A stretch of DNA of 64,000 nt from sequence record MW630116.1; one strand, written 5' to 3'. Positions 1-9,378 of the stretch are shown piece after piece (position 1 is the stretch's first letter; each line of letters starts with the position of its first letter). The notes under the pieces were generated by a model. It saw only the letters and a program-made list of their open reading frames with translations, was not told where the DNA came from and did not search any database. A program made the translations under genes and the position numbers. The DNA comes from Escherichia phage vB_EcoM-ZQ3.

Positions 1-88
1 AATTTCCGGTGATGACGATTACTATCGAAAATAACGACCAGGCATGGTCTTTGTATCAAATGTTGAAAGCTCACTTTAAGGAACAATA

Positions 89-268
89 ATGCCGTTATAC
101 GACTATAAATGTCAATCTGAAGATTGTGGTCATGAATATGAAAAAATTAAAAGGATTTCTGAACGAGAAAACGATGTTTGCCCTGAATGTCATCGTCTGT
201 CTACTCGTCGGGTTTCTGCTCCTAAACATGTGAACGGTGGTTTTTACGACTTACTTAAGAAGGGTTAA
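89..268 (+). CDS. small zinc-ribbon protein, FmdB-like (59 aa)
   Basis: ATG 89, TAA 266-268; translation MPLYDYKCQSEDCGHEYEKIKRISERENDVCPECHRLSTRR... has the MPxYxYxCxxCG...CPxC pattern of FmdB-type zinc ribbons; below the 60-aa cutoff of the ORF track. Confidence 0.5.
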   Translation: MPLYDYKCQSEDCGHEYEKIKRISERENDVCPECHRLSTRRVSAPKHVNGGFYDLLKKG

Positions 269-270
269 TT

Positions 271-696
271 ATGGCTTTTAAAGGTTTTGAAGTTGGTAAG
301 AAATATCGTATTATCAAAGGACAGGAAGATAATTTCTTGAGAATTCTTAATACGACTGGTAAACGTCTTAATACTAATCTGCATACTACTTTATTGTCCA
401 AAGATTTTATTGTGGAAGAGATGATTGGTTACGGCGTTTCTGTGATTGCTGTAGAAGCCGTAGGCGATTATGGCCGAACTATTCATAGTATGCAAGGTGA
501 TATTCTGCTTTATGGTGCAGAATTTAAATTCTTTGAAGAAGTTCCGGAACCAGATACAGCTGTCGATTTCAAAAAAGGCTCTATAGAATTTGTTGATGGT
601 TCGGTGATCGTATCAGGCGATGTGGTCATTACAGTTAAAAGTGAACAAGGGCGTTTGGCTGCAATTGATGCACTTCAGAAAATTAAATTTAAATAA
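271..696 (+). CDS. hypothetical early protein (141 aa); possibly goF-like by position upstream of gene 39 only
   Basis: ORF track 271..696; starts 3 nt after previous stop; followed by GGGC-UUCG-GCCC hairpin; size matches T4 goF but no sequence motif recognised. Confidence 0.5.
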   Translation: MAFKGFEVGKKYRIIKGQEDNFLRILNTTGKRLNTNLHTTLLSKDFIVEEMIGYGVSVIAVEAVGDYGRTIHSMQGDILLYGAEFKFFEEVPEPDTAVDFKKGSIEFVDGSVIVSGDVVITVKSEQGRLAAIDALQKIKFK

Positions 697-716
697 GGGC
701 TTCGGCCCTTTTTGCT
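697..716 (+). terminator. CUUCGG-type hairpin (gggcttcggccc) followed by T-run
   Basis: Perfect 4-bp stem with UUCG loop then ttttt; a TGCTT motif and TAGAAT -10 follow, consistent with a MotA-type middle promoter for gene 39. Confidence 0.55.
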
Positions 717-759
717 TTAGATTTCGGATGATAGAATACCTTCATAACGAGGAGACAAC

Positions 760-2577
760 ATGATTAAAAATGAAATTAAGGTATTGTCAGATGTAGAACA
801 TATTAAGAAACGCAGTGGCATGTATATTGGTTCTTCGGCCAAAGAAGCCCACGAGCGTTTTTTGTTTGGTAAATATCAACAAGTTGAATATGTTCCTGGT
901 CTGGTTAAATTAATCGATGAGATTATTGACAACTCGGTTGATGAAGCTATTCGTACATCATTTAAGTTTGCAAATAAAATTGATGTGCAAATTAAAAATA
1001 ATCAAGTTTCGGTGGAAGATAACGGACGTGGTATTCCTCAAGGTTTAGTTACCGACCAAACAGGTGAACAAATTCCTGGGCCTGTAGCAGCCTGGACTAT
1101 TCCAAAGGCTGGTGGTAACTTTGGCGATGACTCTGAACGCAAGACTGGTGGTATGAACGGCGTCGGGAGTAGTTTAACTAATATCTTCTCTACGTTGTTT
1201 ACAGGCATCACGTCAGATGGCGAAAATGAAATCACTGTTAACTGTTCAAACGGAATGGAAAACAAATCATGGTCTTCTAAGAAATCTAAAGGTAAAGGCA
1301 CTAAAGTAATCTTCACTCCTGATTTCACTTCATTTGAAGAGCATAATTTATCTCAAATTTATTTAGATATTACTTTAGACCGACTTCAAACATTGGCAGT
1401 CGTTTATCCTGATATCAAGTTCACATTTAATGGTAAAAAGGTTGATGGTAATTTTAAACGATTTGCTAAACAATTTGGTGAAGATAACATCATTCAAGAA
1501 AATGATAAAGTCTCTATAGCATTCACAACATCACCAGATGGCTTCCGTCATTTAACTTATGTGAATAACATCCATACTAAAAATGGTGGTCATCATGTTG
1601 AATGTGTAATGGATGATATCTGCGAACATCTTTTGCCCGGCATTAAAAAGAAATATAAGGGTATTGAAGTCACTAAAGCTCGTGTTAAAGAATGCCTCAC
1701 AATGTTGATGTTTATTAGAGACATGAGCAACATGCGTTTTGATTCTCAGACTAAAGAACGTTTAACGTCAACGTATGGTGATATTCGTAATCATATCCAA
1801 TTAGATGCTAAGAAAATTGCTCAGGCACTTCTTAAAAACGAAGCCTTGATTATGCCTATTGTTGAAGCAGCATTAGCTCGTAAATTGGCGGCAGAAAAGG
1901 CTGCAGAAACTAAAGCAGCTAAAAAGGCAACTAAAGCTAAGGTTCATAAGCATATTAAAGCTAACCAATGTGGTAAAGATGCAGATACGACATTGTTTTT
2001 AACAGAAGGTGATTCGGCAATTGGTTATCTCATTGATGTTCGTGACCGTGAACTACACGGCGGATTCCCATTACGTGGTAAGGTGATGAATAGCTGGGGT
2101 ATGTCATATGCTGATATGATGAAGAACAAAGAGCTCTTTGATATCTGTGCTATCACAGGTCTTATTCTTGGTGAAAAGGCAGAGAATACAAACTATCGTA
2201 ATATTGCAATTATGACCGATGCCGATCATGACGGTCTTGGAAGTATTTATCCGGCTTTGCTTGCTTTCTTTAGTAATTGGCCTGAATTGTTTGAACAAGG
2301 ACGTATTCGCTTTGTTAAAACGCCTGTAATTATTGCACAAATTGGCAAAACTCAAAAATGGTTTTATACTGTAGCTGAGTATGAAGAAGCTAAAGATACA
2401 CTGCCTAAGCATAGTATTCGATACATCAAGGGATTAGGCTCCCTTGAAAAGTCAGAATATCGTGAAATGATTCAGAACCCTGTGTACGACGTAGTTAAAC
2501 TTCCTGAAAATTGGAAAGAACTCTTTGAAATGTTGATGGGTGATGATTCAGAACTTCGTAAAGAATGGATGTCCTAA
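760..2577 (+). CDS. 39: DNA topoisomerase II large subunit (GyrB-like ATPase), fused gp39+gp60 form
   Basis: 605-aa ORF beginning MIKNEIKVLSDVEHIKKRSGMYIGS, closely resembling T4 gp39 as I recall it; the length equals T4 gp39 plus gp60, so there is no split and no bypass element. Confidence 0.92.
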   Translation: MIKNEIKVLSDVEHIKKRSGMYIGSSAKEAHERFLFGKYQQVEYVPGLVKLIDEIIDNSVDEAIRTSFKFANKIDVQIKNNQVSVEDNGRGIPQGLVTDQTGEQIPGPVAAWTIPKAGGNFGDDSERKTGGMNGVGSSLTNIFSTLFTGITSDGENEITVNCSNGMENKSWSSKKSKGKGTKVIFTPDFTSFEEHNLSQIYLDITLDRLQTLAVVYPDIKFTFNGKKVDGNFKRFAKQFGEDNIIQENDKVSIAFTTSPDGFRHLTYVNNIHTKNGGHHVECVMDDICEHLLPGIKKKYKGIEVTKARVKECLTMLMFIRDMSNMRFDSQTKERLTSTYGDIRNHIQLDAKKIAQALLKNEALIMPIVEAALARKLAAEKAAETKAAKKATKAKVHKHIKANQCGKDADTTLFLTEGDSAIGYLIDVRDRELHGGFPLRGKVMNSWGMSYADMMKNKELFDICAITGLILGEKAENTNYRNIAIMTDADHDGLGSIYPALLAFFSNWPELFEQGRIRFVKTPVIIAQIGKTQKWFYTVAEYEEAKDTLPKHSIRYIKGLGSLEKSEYREMIQNPVYDVVKLPENWKELFEMLMGDDSELRKEWMS

Positions 2578-2600
2578 GCTCCTTCGGGAGCTTCATTTTA
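2578..2600 (+). terminator. CUUCGG hairpin (gctccttcgggagc) after gene 39
   Basis: 5-bp stem with UUCG loop followed by T-rich tract. Confidence 0.5.
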
Positions 2601-2619
2601 ATTTTAATAAGGCTTAATT

Positions 2620-3720
2620 ATGAAAGTTATGTTTATCCCATCTCGTGCAGTCCCATTTAATCCTGACCGTGTACAAGGTGGTCTTGAAGCAGTACATTTA
2701 AATGTGTTGAAATATCTTGTGTCCATCGGTGCTGATATTGATTATATCGGTTTTGATAATGACACATTTGGTGATTGGAAGGTTAATCATCATCCTGTTG
2801 GTCATCTGACTAAATTCAGTCTAGGTATGAGTTATACTATGGCTCGTAAGATTGTTGAACTAGCCGGCATCCATGAATACGATTTTGTTGTTACTATGGA
2901 AACGACTAAACTAACCGTTCAGGCAATTAAAGACGCAGGTCTCTCTAAAGTTCATAAGAATTTTATGGCAACACCATTTGAACCGGTATCTCGTGGCATT
3001 GTTCAAATTTGGGACCAGACTATTCAAATTCATAAGAATGGTGGTAAGAGTTATGCTCCTACTAAAGCCTTCCGTGAATTTGAACGCAAATATTGTTATA
3101 TGACTTCAGGTCTGACTGACAAAATTGATTACGATTATTGGCGAGCAAATCCGTTGTTTGAAGCCGAAGATTATCCGGTTATTTGTTTGAATGAGAAACC
3201 TGAAGTTCTTCCGGCGACTGATCTGATTATTAGTGCACAACGTTATGACACTAAAATGCGTCGTACTGATGTTGCTCTTGAAGCGATTAAAGCACTAGGC
3301 GAAAATGGTGTAGGATACTGTCCTAGTAAATGGGCACCACCGGCTAAGTATCCTGTTATTATTGATGCTCCACACAGTGAAATCATGGAACGTCTTAAAA
3401 CAGCTAAAGCACTTATCAATACGTGTCCTGACACGGGTACGGTAGAGAATAGTTCTATTGAAGCCATCTCTAAAGGTGTCCCTGTGATTCAGTTAGTTTT
3501 TAAGGATTATCCGCACGCGACATTCGAATATGACCCAGATACTGTGCGTGTAGAAATTGATTCCTCTACTCCTAAGAAAGAAGTAGTTGCGCTTTACACA
3601 AAAGCGGTATTAGAATTCACTGACACATACGAAGCTCGAGTTAAACGTGCTGAAGCAGTATGGAAGAAGTATAACCGAGATGCGGTTGTTGCGATGTGGG
3701 ATAAAATCTTCACAGCGTAA
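2620..3720 (+). CDS. hypothetical protein (366 aa) with weak glycosyltransferase (GT-B) like C-terminal features
   Basis: Long uninterrupted ORF with RBS; C-terminal segment TGTVENSSIEAISKGVPVI resembles the sugar-donor binding region of GT-B enzymes; occupies the slot where T4 has mobA/rIIA.1; assignment is tentative. Confidence 0.6.
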   Translation: MKVMFIPSRAVPFNPDRVQGGLEAVHLNVLKYLVSIGADIDYIGFDNDTFGDWKVNHHPVGHLTKFSLGMSYTMARKIVELAGIHEYDFVVTMETTKLTVQAIKDAGLSKVHKNFMATPFEPVSRGIVQIWDQTIQIHKNGGKSYAPTKAFREFERKYCYMTSGLTDKIDYDYWRANPLFEAEDYPVICLNEKPEVLPATDLIISAQRYDTKMRRTDVALEAIKALGENGVGYCPSKWAPPAKYPVIIDAPHSEIMERLKTAKALINTCPDTGTVENSSIEAISKGVPVIQLVFKDYPHATFEYDPDTVRVEIDSSTPKKEVVALYTKAVLEFTDTYEARVKRAEAVWKKYNRDAVVAMWDKIFTA

Positions 3721-3736
3721 ATCCTGAATCGCCTGA

Positions 3737-3787
3737 GGCACTATTACACATAAGATGATAGATTATATGGTCTTTAGTAATAGTGCC
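3737..3787. repeat. 11-bp perfect inverted repeat (ggcactattac / gtaatagtgcc) with 29-nt loop
   Basis: Read directly: left arm 3737-3747, right arm 3777-3787, in the intergenic region before the rIIA.1-like ORF. Confidence 0.7.
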
Positions 3788-3812
3788 CTAGGAATCTACT
3801 GAAGAGAATATT

Positions 3813-4013
3813 ATGAGAACATATAACGTGGACTTGGAACTTTTTGATAAAGCAGTGCTCCGGGAATTCCGGCTTATCCAAAGATTTTTTGATATCGAGT
3901 CAGCAGAGTCCTTTAAAGAACGCTTTAAAGAAATTCGATATAAAATACAAACCGATACAGCTACTAAAGAAGAACTTCTTGAAGTAGCAGAAATTTTTAA
4001 ACGTAACTTGTGA
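3813..4013 (+). CDS. hypothetical small protein (66 aa), rIIA.1-like position
   Basis: ORF track; immediately upstream of rIIA with 12-nt spacing. Confidence 0.5.
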   Translation: MRTYNVDLELFDKAVLREFRLIQRFFDIESAESFKERFKEIRYKIQTDTATKEELLEVAEIFKRNL

Positions 4014-4025
4014 TGAGAGAAAAAT

Positions 4026-6239
4026 ATGATTATTGAAACGGCTAAAGAAACGATTATTGGTTCAGGCGGTAAGAGCACAGCATTCACTATTCAAGGCAAT
4101 AGCAAAGTTTATAAGATTTTGTCTAATGACCTTTATACAAACAAAGAATTGGCTTGTGTACGTGAATTAATCACAAACTGTATTGATGGACAAATTCTTA
4201 ATGGTTGCACTGATAAGTTTATTGTTCAGGCTCCAGGTCGTTTAGACCCACGTTTTGTAGTTCGAGACTTTGGTCCTGGTATGAGTGATTTCACCATTAG
4301 AGGTAATGACGAAGAGCCAGGAATCTATAACTCATATTTTGCTTCAACTAAAACATCGAGTAACGATTTCATTGGTGGATTCGGACTCGGCTCTAAAGCT
4401 CCGCTAGCATATACCGATACATTTAACCTTACGTCTTATCACAACGGTGAAGTTCGTGGTTACGTAATCTACCAAGATGACACAGGTCCACAAATTAAGC
4501 CGACCTTTGTAGATAAGATGGGTCCTGATGACCGTACGGGTGTAGAAGTAGTTGTACCGGTTAACCCGGAAGATTTTGAAAAGTTCGCATCCGAAATTGC
4601 ATATGTTATGCGTCCTCTAGGTGATATTGCAGAAGTTCGTGGTGTTAAAGATATTAAATACTTCCCTGAATTTGACGATGTATATTTGGCCAAGGAAGCT
4701 CCATGGGGTGAACGCGGTAATATCATGGCTGTTTACGGTGGTATTGTATATCCAATCGGAAGTGTTATTAAAGAACAAACATGGATGATGACTCGATGCA
4801 CCACAGCTTATATTAAATTCCCTATGGGTGAACTAGACGTAGCTCCGTCTCGTGAAGCATTGTCATTTGATAAACGTACAGTAGCAAATATCCATAAACG
4901 CGTTGCAGAAATTGATGCAAAATTATTTGCTGAAGATTCTAAGAAATGGATTGATTGTAAATACCCGCGTCATGTATTCCGTGAAATTGATTCTCTTGGT
5001 TATACCGCTCGTAAATACATGGAAAAGGCTGGGTCTAATATTGAATCACTGAAATACTCTAAAGAACAACTAACTTATTCTGAGTTGTACAAACGTTTTA
5101 AAATGGGGCCTGAGTGGTGTAATCTTGGCGTCGTATATGATATCGTTGAATCCCCTCGTCTTCGTCGTATTCGTGAAAGTGGTAGCTCATCATCGACCAT
5201 TTCAATTAACAGCCTGATTGGCATTAACATTAAAAATGTTGAAATCGTTATTGACGACGTTAAGGGACGCGTTCCATTAATGCGAGCTCTTAATTCAATT
5301 GAAATGTCTAAAGACGAGGTTAAATTAACTGGTAAAGTTCCACGCGGTTTTGGTAAAAGTGTACTATTCGTTGACCCTACAGACGAAGATGCAATGAAAC
5401 TTCTGGAACGCCTTAAAGTTATCTTTGATGGCGACAACATTAACATGTACAAGACTTCAGAGCTTTTACAAATCGTTAAGCCATGGATTGAAGTCAGGAA
5501 ACGGACTAATGAGCCTCGTCCTAAATCGCCAAGTGCTCATCGATTCTTTAAGAATGAAAACGACGTTTGGGTATCAGAAGATCTCTTTATTCCAGCGAGT
5601 GAAGCAGATGAAATCCAAGGTTATGCTATAGTTCGTAATCGTTCTAATGCTGAATGTCTTGACGCAGATAAAGGTTGGTTGAACTATGACTCCAATTTCT
5701 TGACCCGTATTGCTGATTTGTCAGGTATTAAAGAGTTCACTGTAGTTCGTCCACAGATTGCTAAGAAAGTTCGTAAACTTGGTGAAGTAGAATGCTTGTT
5801 CGAAAAATCAATTAATGACTATATTACGCTAATCGATAAAGTGGATTATGATGAGTATGTATCACCAAGTCGTAGAGCACAGCCTTATTTGAATCATATT
5901 ACTCGTAATGAAGAGCTTAACTTCCTTAGTAAGTATTTTAGCTCTAAAAACAAAGAAATCAGTAAAGATTTTGCAAAACTCTCAACAGTAAATAATCGTT
6001 GGGGATGGAATCGATTCGCAGGTGCTGAAAACAGAGATCTGAACAGGAAGTTAGAATTGTGTGCTAAAATTTTCGATAAGCTTAAAGATAATGCTTACGA
6101 TAATGATGATAAAATGGTTATTGAATTCGAAACCAATTATCATATTGTGTCAGAATACATGGGACGACGTGGTACTCTTTCTAAAGAACAGGTCGCTCAA
6201 ATCGTTAAATTCATGAAGGCCGTGGAAGCGGCCAAATAA
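4026..6239 (+). CDS. rIIA: rIIA lysis-inhibition / rapid-lysis protein (GHKL ATPase-like)
   Basis: 737-aa ORF (T4 rIIA is about 725 aa); N-terminal ATPase-like motif ELITNCIDG; followed 9 nt later by rIIB. Confidence 0.88.
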   Translation: MIIETAKETIIGSGGKSTAFTIQGNSKVYKILSNDLYTNKELACVRELITNCIDGQILNGCTDKFIVQAPGRLDPRFVVRDFGPGMSDFTIRGNDEEPGIYNSYFASTKTSSNDFIGGFGLGSKAPLAYTDTFNLTSYHNGEVRGYVIYQDDTGPQIKPTFVDKMGPDDRTGVEVVVPVNPEDFEKFASEIAYVMRPLGDIAEVRGVKDIKYFPEFDDVYLAKEAPWGERGNIMAVYGGIVYPIGSVIKEQTWMMTRCTTAYIKFPMGELDVAPSREALSFDKRTVANIHKRVAEIDAKLFAEDSKKWIDCKYPRHVFREIDSLGYTARKYMEKAGSNIESLKYSKEQLTYSELYKRFKMGPEWCNLGVVYDIVESPRLRRIRESGSSSSTISINSLIGINIKNVEIVIDDVKGRVPLMRALNSIEMSKDEVKLTGKVPRGFGKSVLFVDPTDEDAMKLLERLKVIFDGDNINMYKTSELLQIVKPWIEVRKRTNEPRPKSPSAHRFFKNENDVWVSEDLFIPASEADEIQGYAIVRNRSNAECLDADKGWLNYDSNFLTRIADLSGIKEFTVVRPQIAKKVRKLGEVECLFEKSINDYITLIDKVDYDEYVSPSRRAQPYLNHITRNEELNFLSKYFSSKNKEISKDFAKLSTVNNRWGWNRFAGAENRDLNRKLELCAKIFDKLKDNAYDNDDKMVIEFETNYHIVSEYMGRRGTLSKEQVAQIVKFMKAVEAAK

Positions 6240-6248
6240 GGAAACATT

Positions 6249-7196
6249 ATGTACAATATCAAATGCTTGTCCCAAGAAGAACAGTTAGAAGCTTACGGCC
6301 TGGTTGAATCAGGCAAATGGACTCGTAAAGAAATTGCCGATTACTTCGACATTTCAACAGATACTCTTCGTAAGATTGTTAAGAATTTTAAAGCAGAAGG
6401 CGTTGTCCCTGAAGCAAACGATGCCTCTTATGTAATCGAAGAAGTTCCAGAAAATGATGAACCTATTATCGGCGGACATCGTCCTGAAATCGTATGGAAC
6501 GCGTCATCTAAATTTATTTCAATTATTGAAGGACGCGTAGCATACAATGCGACCCCATCAAGTCATGCAAATTTTGAAGAAATTAAAGCTAATCTGGTCG
6601 CAGGAAACCTTAGTAAAGCTGTCGAACTTATTAACATCAAGAAAGCTATTAGTAAGTTTGTTGATGGTAATGTTACTATTGAAGGTGGTAGTTTATTTTA
6701 TCAAGGTATAGAAATTCGTTCAGGACTGGTTAATCGTATTATTGATTCCATGGAAAAAGGCGAAGACTTTAAATTCTATCTGCCGTTCCTTGAAAACCTG
6801 TTAGAAAACCCGAGCGAAAAAGCTGTACAACGTTTATTCGACTTCTTGGTTGCAAATGATATTGAAATCACTGAAGATGGGTATTTCTATGCGTGGAAAG
6901 TAGTTCGTAAGGACTATTTAGACTGCTATAGTGGCACATTTGATAACTCCCCAGGTAAAGTTGTTTCAATGCCTCGTACTCGAGTTAACGACGATGATAC
7001 TCAAACCTGTTCTCGCGGTCTCCACGTTTGTGCTAAATCTTATATTCGCCACTTTGGTTCAAGCTCAGATAAAGTTGTTAAGGTTAAAGTTCATCCACGT
7101 GATGTTGTATCCATCCCGGTTGACTATGGTGATGCTAAGATGCGTACTTGTCGTTATGAAGTAATTTCAGACGTTACTGAATTATTTGCAGAATAA
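6249..7196 (+). CDS. rIIB: rIIB protein
   Basis: 315-aa ORF; C-terminal region ...DGYFYAWKVVR...NSPGKVVSMPRTRVNDDDTQTCSRGLHVC... matches T4 rIIB as I recall it. Confidence 0.88.
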   Translation: MYNIKCLSQEEQLEAYGLVESGKWTRKEIADYFDISTDTLRKIVKNFKAEGVVPEANDASYVIEEVPENDEPIIGGHRPEIVWNASSKFISIIEGRVAYNATPSSHANFEEIKANLVAGNLSKAVELINIKKAISKFVDGNVTIEGGSLFYQGIEIRSGLVNRIIDSMEKGEDFKFYLPFLENLLENPSEKAVQRLFDFLVANDIEITEDGYFYAWKVVRKDYLDCYSGTFDNSPGKVVSMPRTRVNDDDTQTCSRGLHVCAKSYIRHFGSSSDKVVKVKVHPRDVVSIPVDYGDAKMRTCRYEVISDVTELFAE

Positions 7197-7201
7197 TAAT
7201 T

Positions 7202-7226
7202 GGGGACTTCGGTCCCCTTTTTTTCT
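7202..7226 (+). terminator. rho-independent terminator (ggggacttcggtcccc + T8)
   Basis: Perfect 6-bp stem with UUCG loop followed by tttttttt. Confidence 0.7.
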
Positions 7227-7238
7227 TTAGGGGTAATT

Positions 7239-7526
7239 ATGATTCATCCATTTGACGTATCAGAATCCAAAATTGCTAATCTTCGTGGTCATCATAAGTG
7301 TAAATCGGTTTATTGTGCTAAATTGGTAAAACACCCAGGTGATGCACACTATGGCTGGTTAGAATGCGACGAAGTTGTTAATGAAATTCCACCTGTAGAT
7401 GCTGAATATCTTGAAGAAGGTGACCGCATTTATTTTGGCGAACTACACATCAGAGGTATCTATGGTAAAGACGAACTTGGGATTGTTGAGACTGAAGAGT
7501 CTTCCGACATTTATCCTGTCGAATGA
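7239..7526 (+). CDS. hypothetical protein (95 aa)
   Basis: In-frame ATG at 7239 inside ORF-track entry 7200..7526; starts just after the terminator. Confidence 0.5.
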   Translation: MIHPFDVSESKIANLRGHHKCKSVYCAKLVKHPGDAHYGWLECDEVVNEIPPVDAEYLEEGDRIYFGELHIRGIYGKDELGIVETEESSDIYPVE

Positions 7527-7542
7527 GTTTTTGACTAGTGAA

Positions 7543-8019
7543 ATGAAGGTGAAGATTGCTGACACTGCTCGATATTCGTTGAGCCAAAATCCAGACCAAA
7601 ACAAAGAAGATGTAGTTCGACGTTGTAAGGTTGCAGTCTTTGCAGAGTATGTAGTAGCAAATTGGCTAGACGGATATGTTAATAAAGGTATTGAAGACGT
7701 AGAAGACCCGTACACGTATGCATGGGACGTGTTAGCCCATCCCAAGTATTGTGGAATTCGTGTAGAAGTCAAGACACACCAGATAGATTCTAAATGGATT
7801 TCTGTTACCACAGGATACAGTGGTGATTATCCAGGTGGCAACGGAATCAACATAGGGCCCTTCTTGAACCATCGAGTCGCAGATTGCATTATTATATTAG
7901 ATGTCAAAGAAACCTCACCTGACGTCTTCTCTTATTCTATAAAGTTCGTGGGAGACCATGAAGACCTAAAGAAAATCGTCCGCAAGAGCAACTACAACGG
8001 GTGGTATCTTCATCTTTAA
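7543..8019 (+). CDS. hypothetical protein with PD-(D/E)xK-like motif; possible DenB (endonuclease IV) by synteny
   Basis: ATG 7543 inside ORF-track entry 7399..8019; motif WDVLAHPKYCGIRVEVKT (D...E-x-K); position after rIIB corresponds to T4 denB. Confidence 0.45.
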   Translation: MKVKIADTARYSLSQNPDQNKEDVVRRCKVAVFAEYVVANWLDGYVNKGIEDVEDPYTYAWDVLAHPKYCGIRVEVKTHQIDSKWISVTTGYSGDYPGGNGINIGPFLNHRVADCIIILDVKETSPDVFSYSIKFVGDHEDLKKIVRKSNYNGWYLHL

Positions 8020-8030
8020 TTTCATAAAAG

Positions 8031-8087
8031 TGTTTACAACTAAGTAGGTCTATGATATAGTAGTCCTATCTAAAAGAGGATAACATC
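8031..8087 (+). promoter_or_regulatory. early promoter cassette (GTTTAC -35, dyad-flanked -10 gatatagt, RBS)
   Basis: gtgtttacaactaagtaggtctatgatatagtagtcctatctaaaagaggataacatcATG; imperfect dyad aagtaggtc/gtcctat around the -10. Confidence 0.55.
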
Positions 8088-8279
8088 ATGAAATTTAAAT
8101 TTTTCTACGCAAAACATAAAGTGACCGGTGAGTTTGTTTCAATGTACAACACCGCAGATGACGAAGGGATGATTTATACTCATTTAGGTCTATCTCATTG
8201 GGACTCAGACGTGCCTTATATGTCATCTGAAGCCGAAATAACTCGTTTAGTTAATGGACATATGAACGACCCATTTTAG
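8088..8279 (+). CDS. hypothetical protein (63 aa)
   Basis: ORF track; preceded by promoter cassette and RBS. Confidence 0.5.
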   Translation: MKFKFFYAKHKVTGEFVSMYNTADDEGMIYTHLGLSHWDSDVPYMSSEAEITRLVNGHMNDPF

Positions 8280-8544
8280 TGTTATTCTTTCTAAAGACCT
8301 TAAAGAGGTTATCAACAAAGGATATATGGAACTCGCGGAAGTTGAGATATGAGCTCTAAAATGTGGATAGGAATATGGTTGCTTAGTATCCCTATGATTT
8401 GTATAGTATTTTCAATTGTATTGAGGTACTTATGAAAAATGCACTTATTATTGTACTAAGAACAATTTGTGATACGGGTTTTTACATCGCATGTTCGTTC
8501 ACTGGAACATGGTTGGCTTTAACATATTTTAATGTAATTTAATT

Positions 8545-8602
8545 GTTTACAACAAGGTAGGATTATGGTATAGTAGTCCTACTGAAACATGAGGAACACA
8601 AA
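8545..8602 (+). promoter_or_regulatory. early promoter cassette with 9-bp dyad (gtaggatta / tagtcctac) around the -10
   Basis: gtttacaacaaggtaggattatggtatagtagtcctactgaaacatgaggaacacaaaATG. Confidence 0.55.
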
Positions 8603-8803
8603 ATGGCTAAGCTTTTTAAAGATGTTGAAATTGGTGAAAAATTTGTTCTGAATAATGGTCAGCAGCTTATTCGTGTAGCTTCTATCGCCGGACAAACTCA
8701 TAACTGTATCGCCCCAACGTGTTGGACTCGATTCTTTATTGAAGATGACACTGAATGTTTAACTGTTGAAGAGCTTTTTGAACGTTCTGATATAGCCGAA
8801 TAA
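8603..8803 (+). CDS. hypothetical protein (66 aa)
   Basis: ORF track; promoter cassette and RBS upstream. Confidence 0.5.
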   Translation: MAKLFKDVEIGEKFVLNNGQQLIRVASIAGQTHNCIAPTCWTRFFIEDDTECLTVEELFERSDIAE

Positions 8804-8805
8804 AA

Positions 8806-8879
8806 TTGTACAAACTCTTGAGAGCAGAGTATAATGCTCTCATGGATTACAAAAACATTAATCAATTGAGGAAATTAGC
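8806..8879 (+). promoter_or_regulatory. early promoter cassette with 8-bp dyad (tgagagca / tgctctca) flanking TATAAT
   Basis: ttgtacaaactcttgagagcagagtataatgctctcatgg...gaggaaattagcATG. Confidence 0.55.
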
Positions 8880-9326
8880 ATGTCCAAATATTTAACTCGT
8901 AAAGACCTTCTGGCAGTTGGCGGTGAAGTTGTTGCAGTAGTTCGTAATGGTGAATACGGTTCTGAAGTTTCTAAAGAGTTTCGTTCTCGTGAAGGTTTTT
9001 ACTTCTTTGTTAAAGGTTCATCTGACTGGCGTCAAGTAGCAGCACGATTCTTTGTAGGACGTCAACGTTCTAAACAAGGGTTGGATGCAATTCTTTCTCA
9101 CATTCGTCAAGGCCGTTCGCAACTAGCCCGTACTATGGGCACTAACAATATTGAATATGATGTAATCTTTGTCGCAGCTAAGAACATGAAACCCCTGACT
9201 ACTGGTTATGGTAAAGGACAATTGGCTCTGGCATTCACTCGCAATCATACATCAGAATATCAAACACTCACTGAAATGAACCGTCTTCTGGCAGATAATT
9301 TCAAATTCGTTCTGCAGAGTTACTAA
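8880..9326 (+). CDS. ndd: Ndd nucleoid disruption protein
   Basis: 148-aa ORF; C-terminal ...[45 protein letters not shown] matches T4 Ndd as I recall it. Confidence 0.8.
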   Translation: MSKYLTRKDLLAVGGEVVAVVRNGEYGSEVSKEFRSREGFYFFVKGSSDWRQVAARFFVGRQRSKQGLDAILSHIRQGRSQLARTMGTNNIEYDVIFVAAKNMKPLTTGYGKGQLALAFTRNHTSEYQTLTEMNRLLADNFKFVLQSY

Positions 9327-9378
9327 TTTATACGGGCCTATTAAGTTAGGCCTTTAATTTATTTTTGAGGTAATTAAA

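Noticed and set aside
1038-5452. Several minus-strand ORFs (1038..1328, 2104..2412, 3243..3467, 4469..4726, 5075..5452) overlapping gene 39, the 366-aa ORF and rIIA
   Set aside because: All lie antisense to strongly supported plus-strand genes in a unidirectional early transcription unit, with no start signals.
7399-7542. N-terminal extension of the ORF-track entry 7399..8019
   Set aside because: It overlaps the upstream ORF 7239..7526 in another frame; the first plausible start after that ORF's stop is ATG 7543, so the extension is treated as non-coding read-through of the frame.
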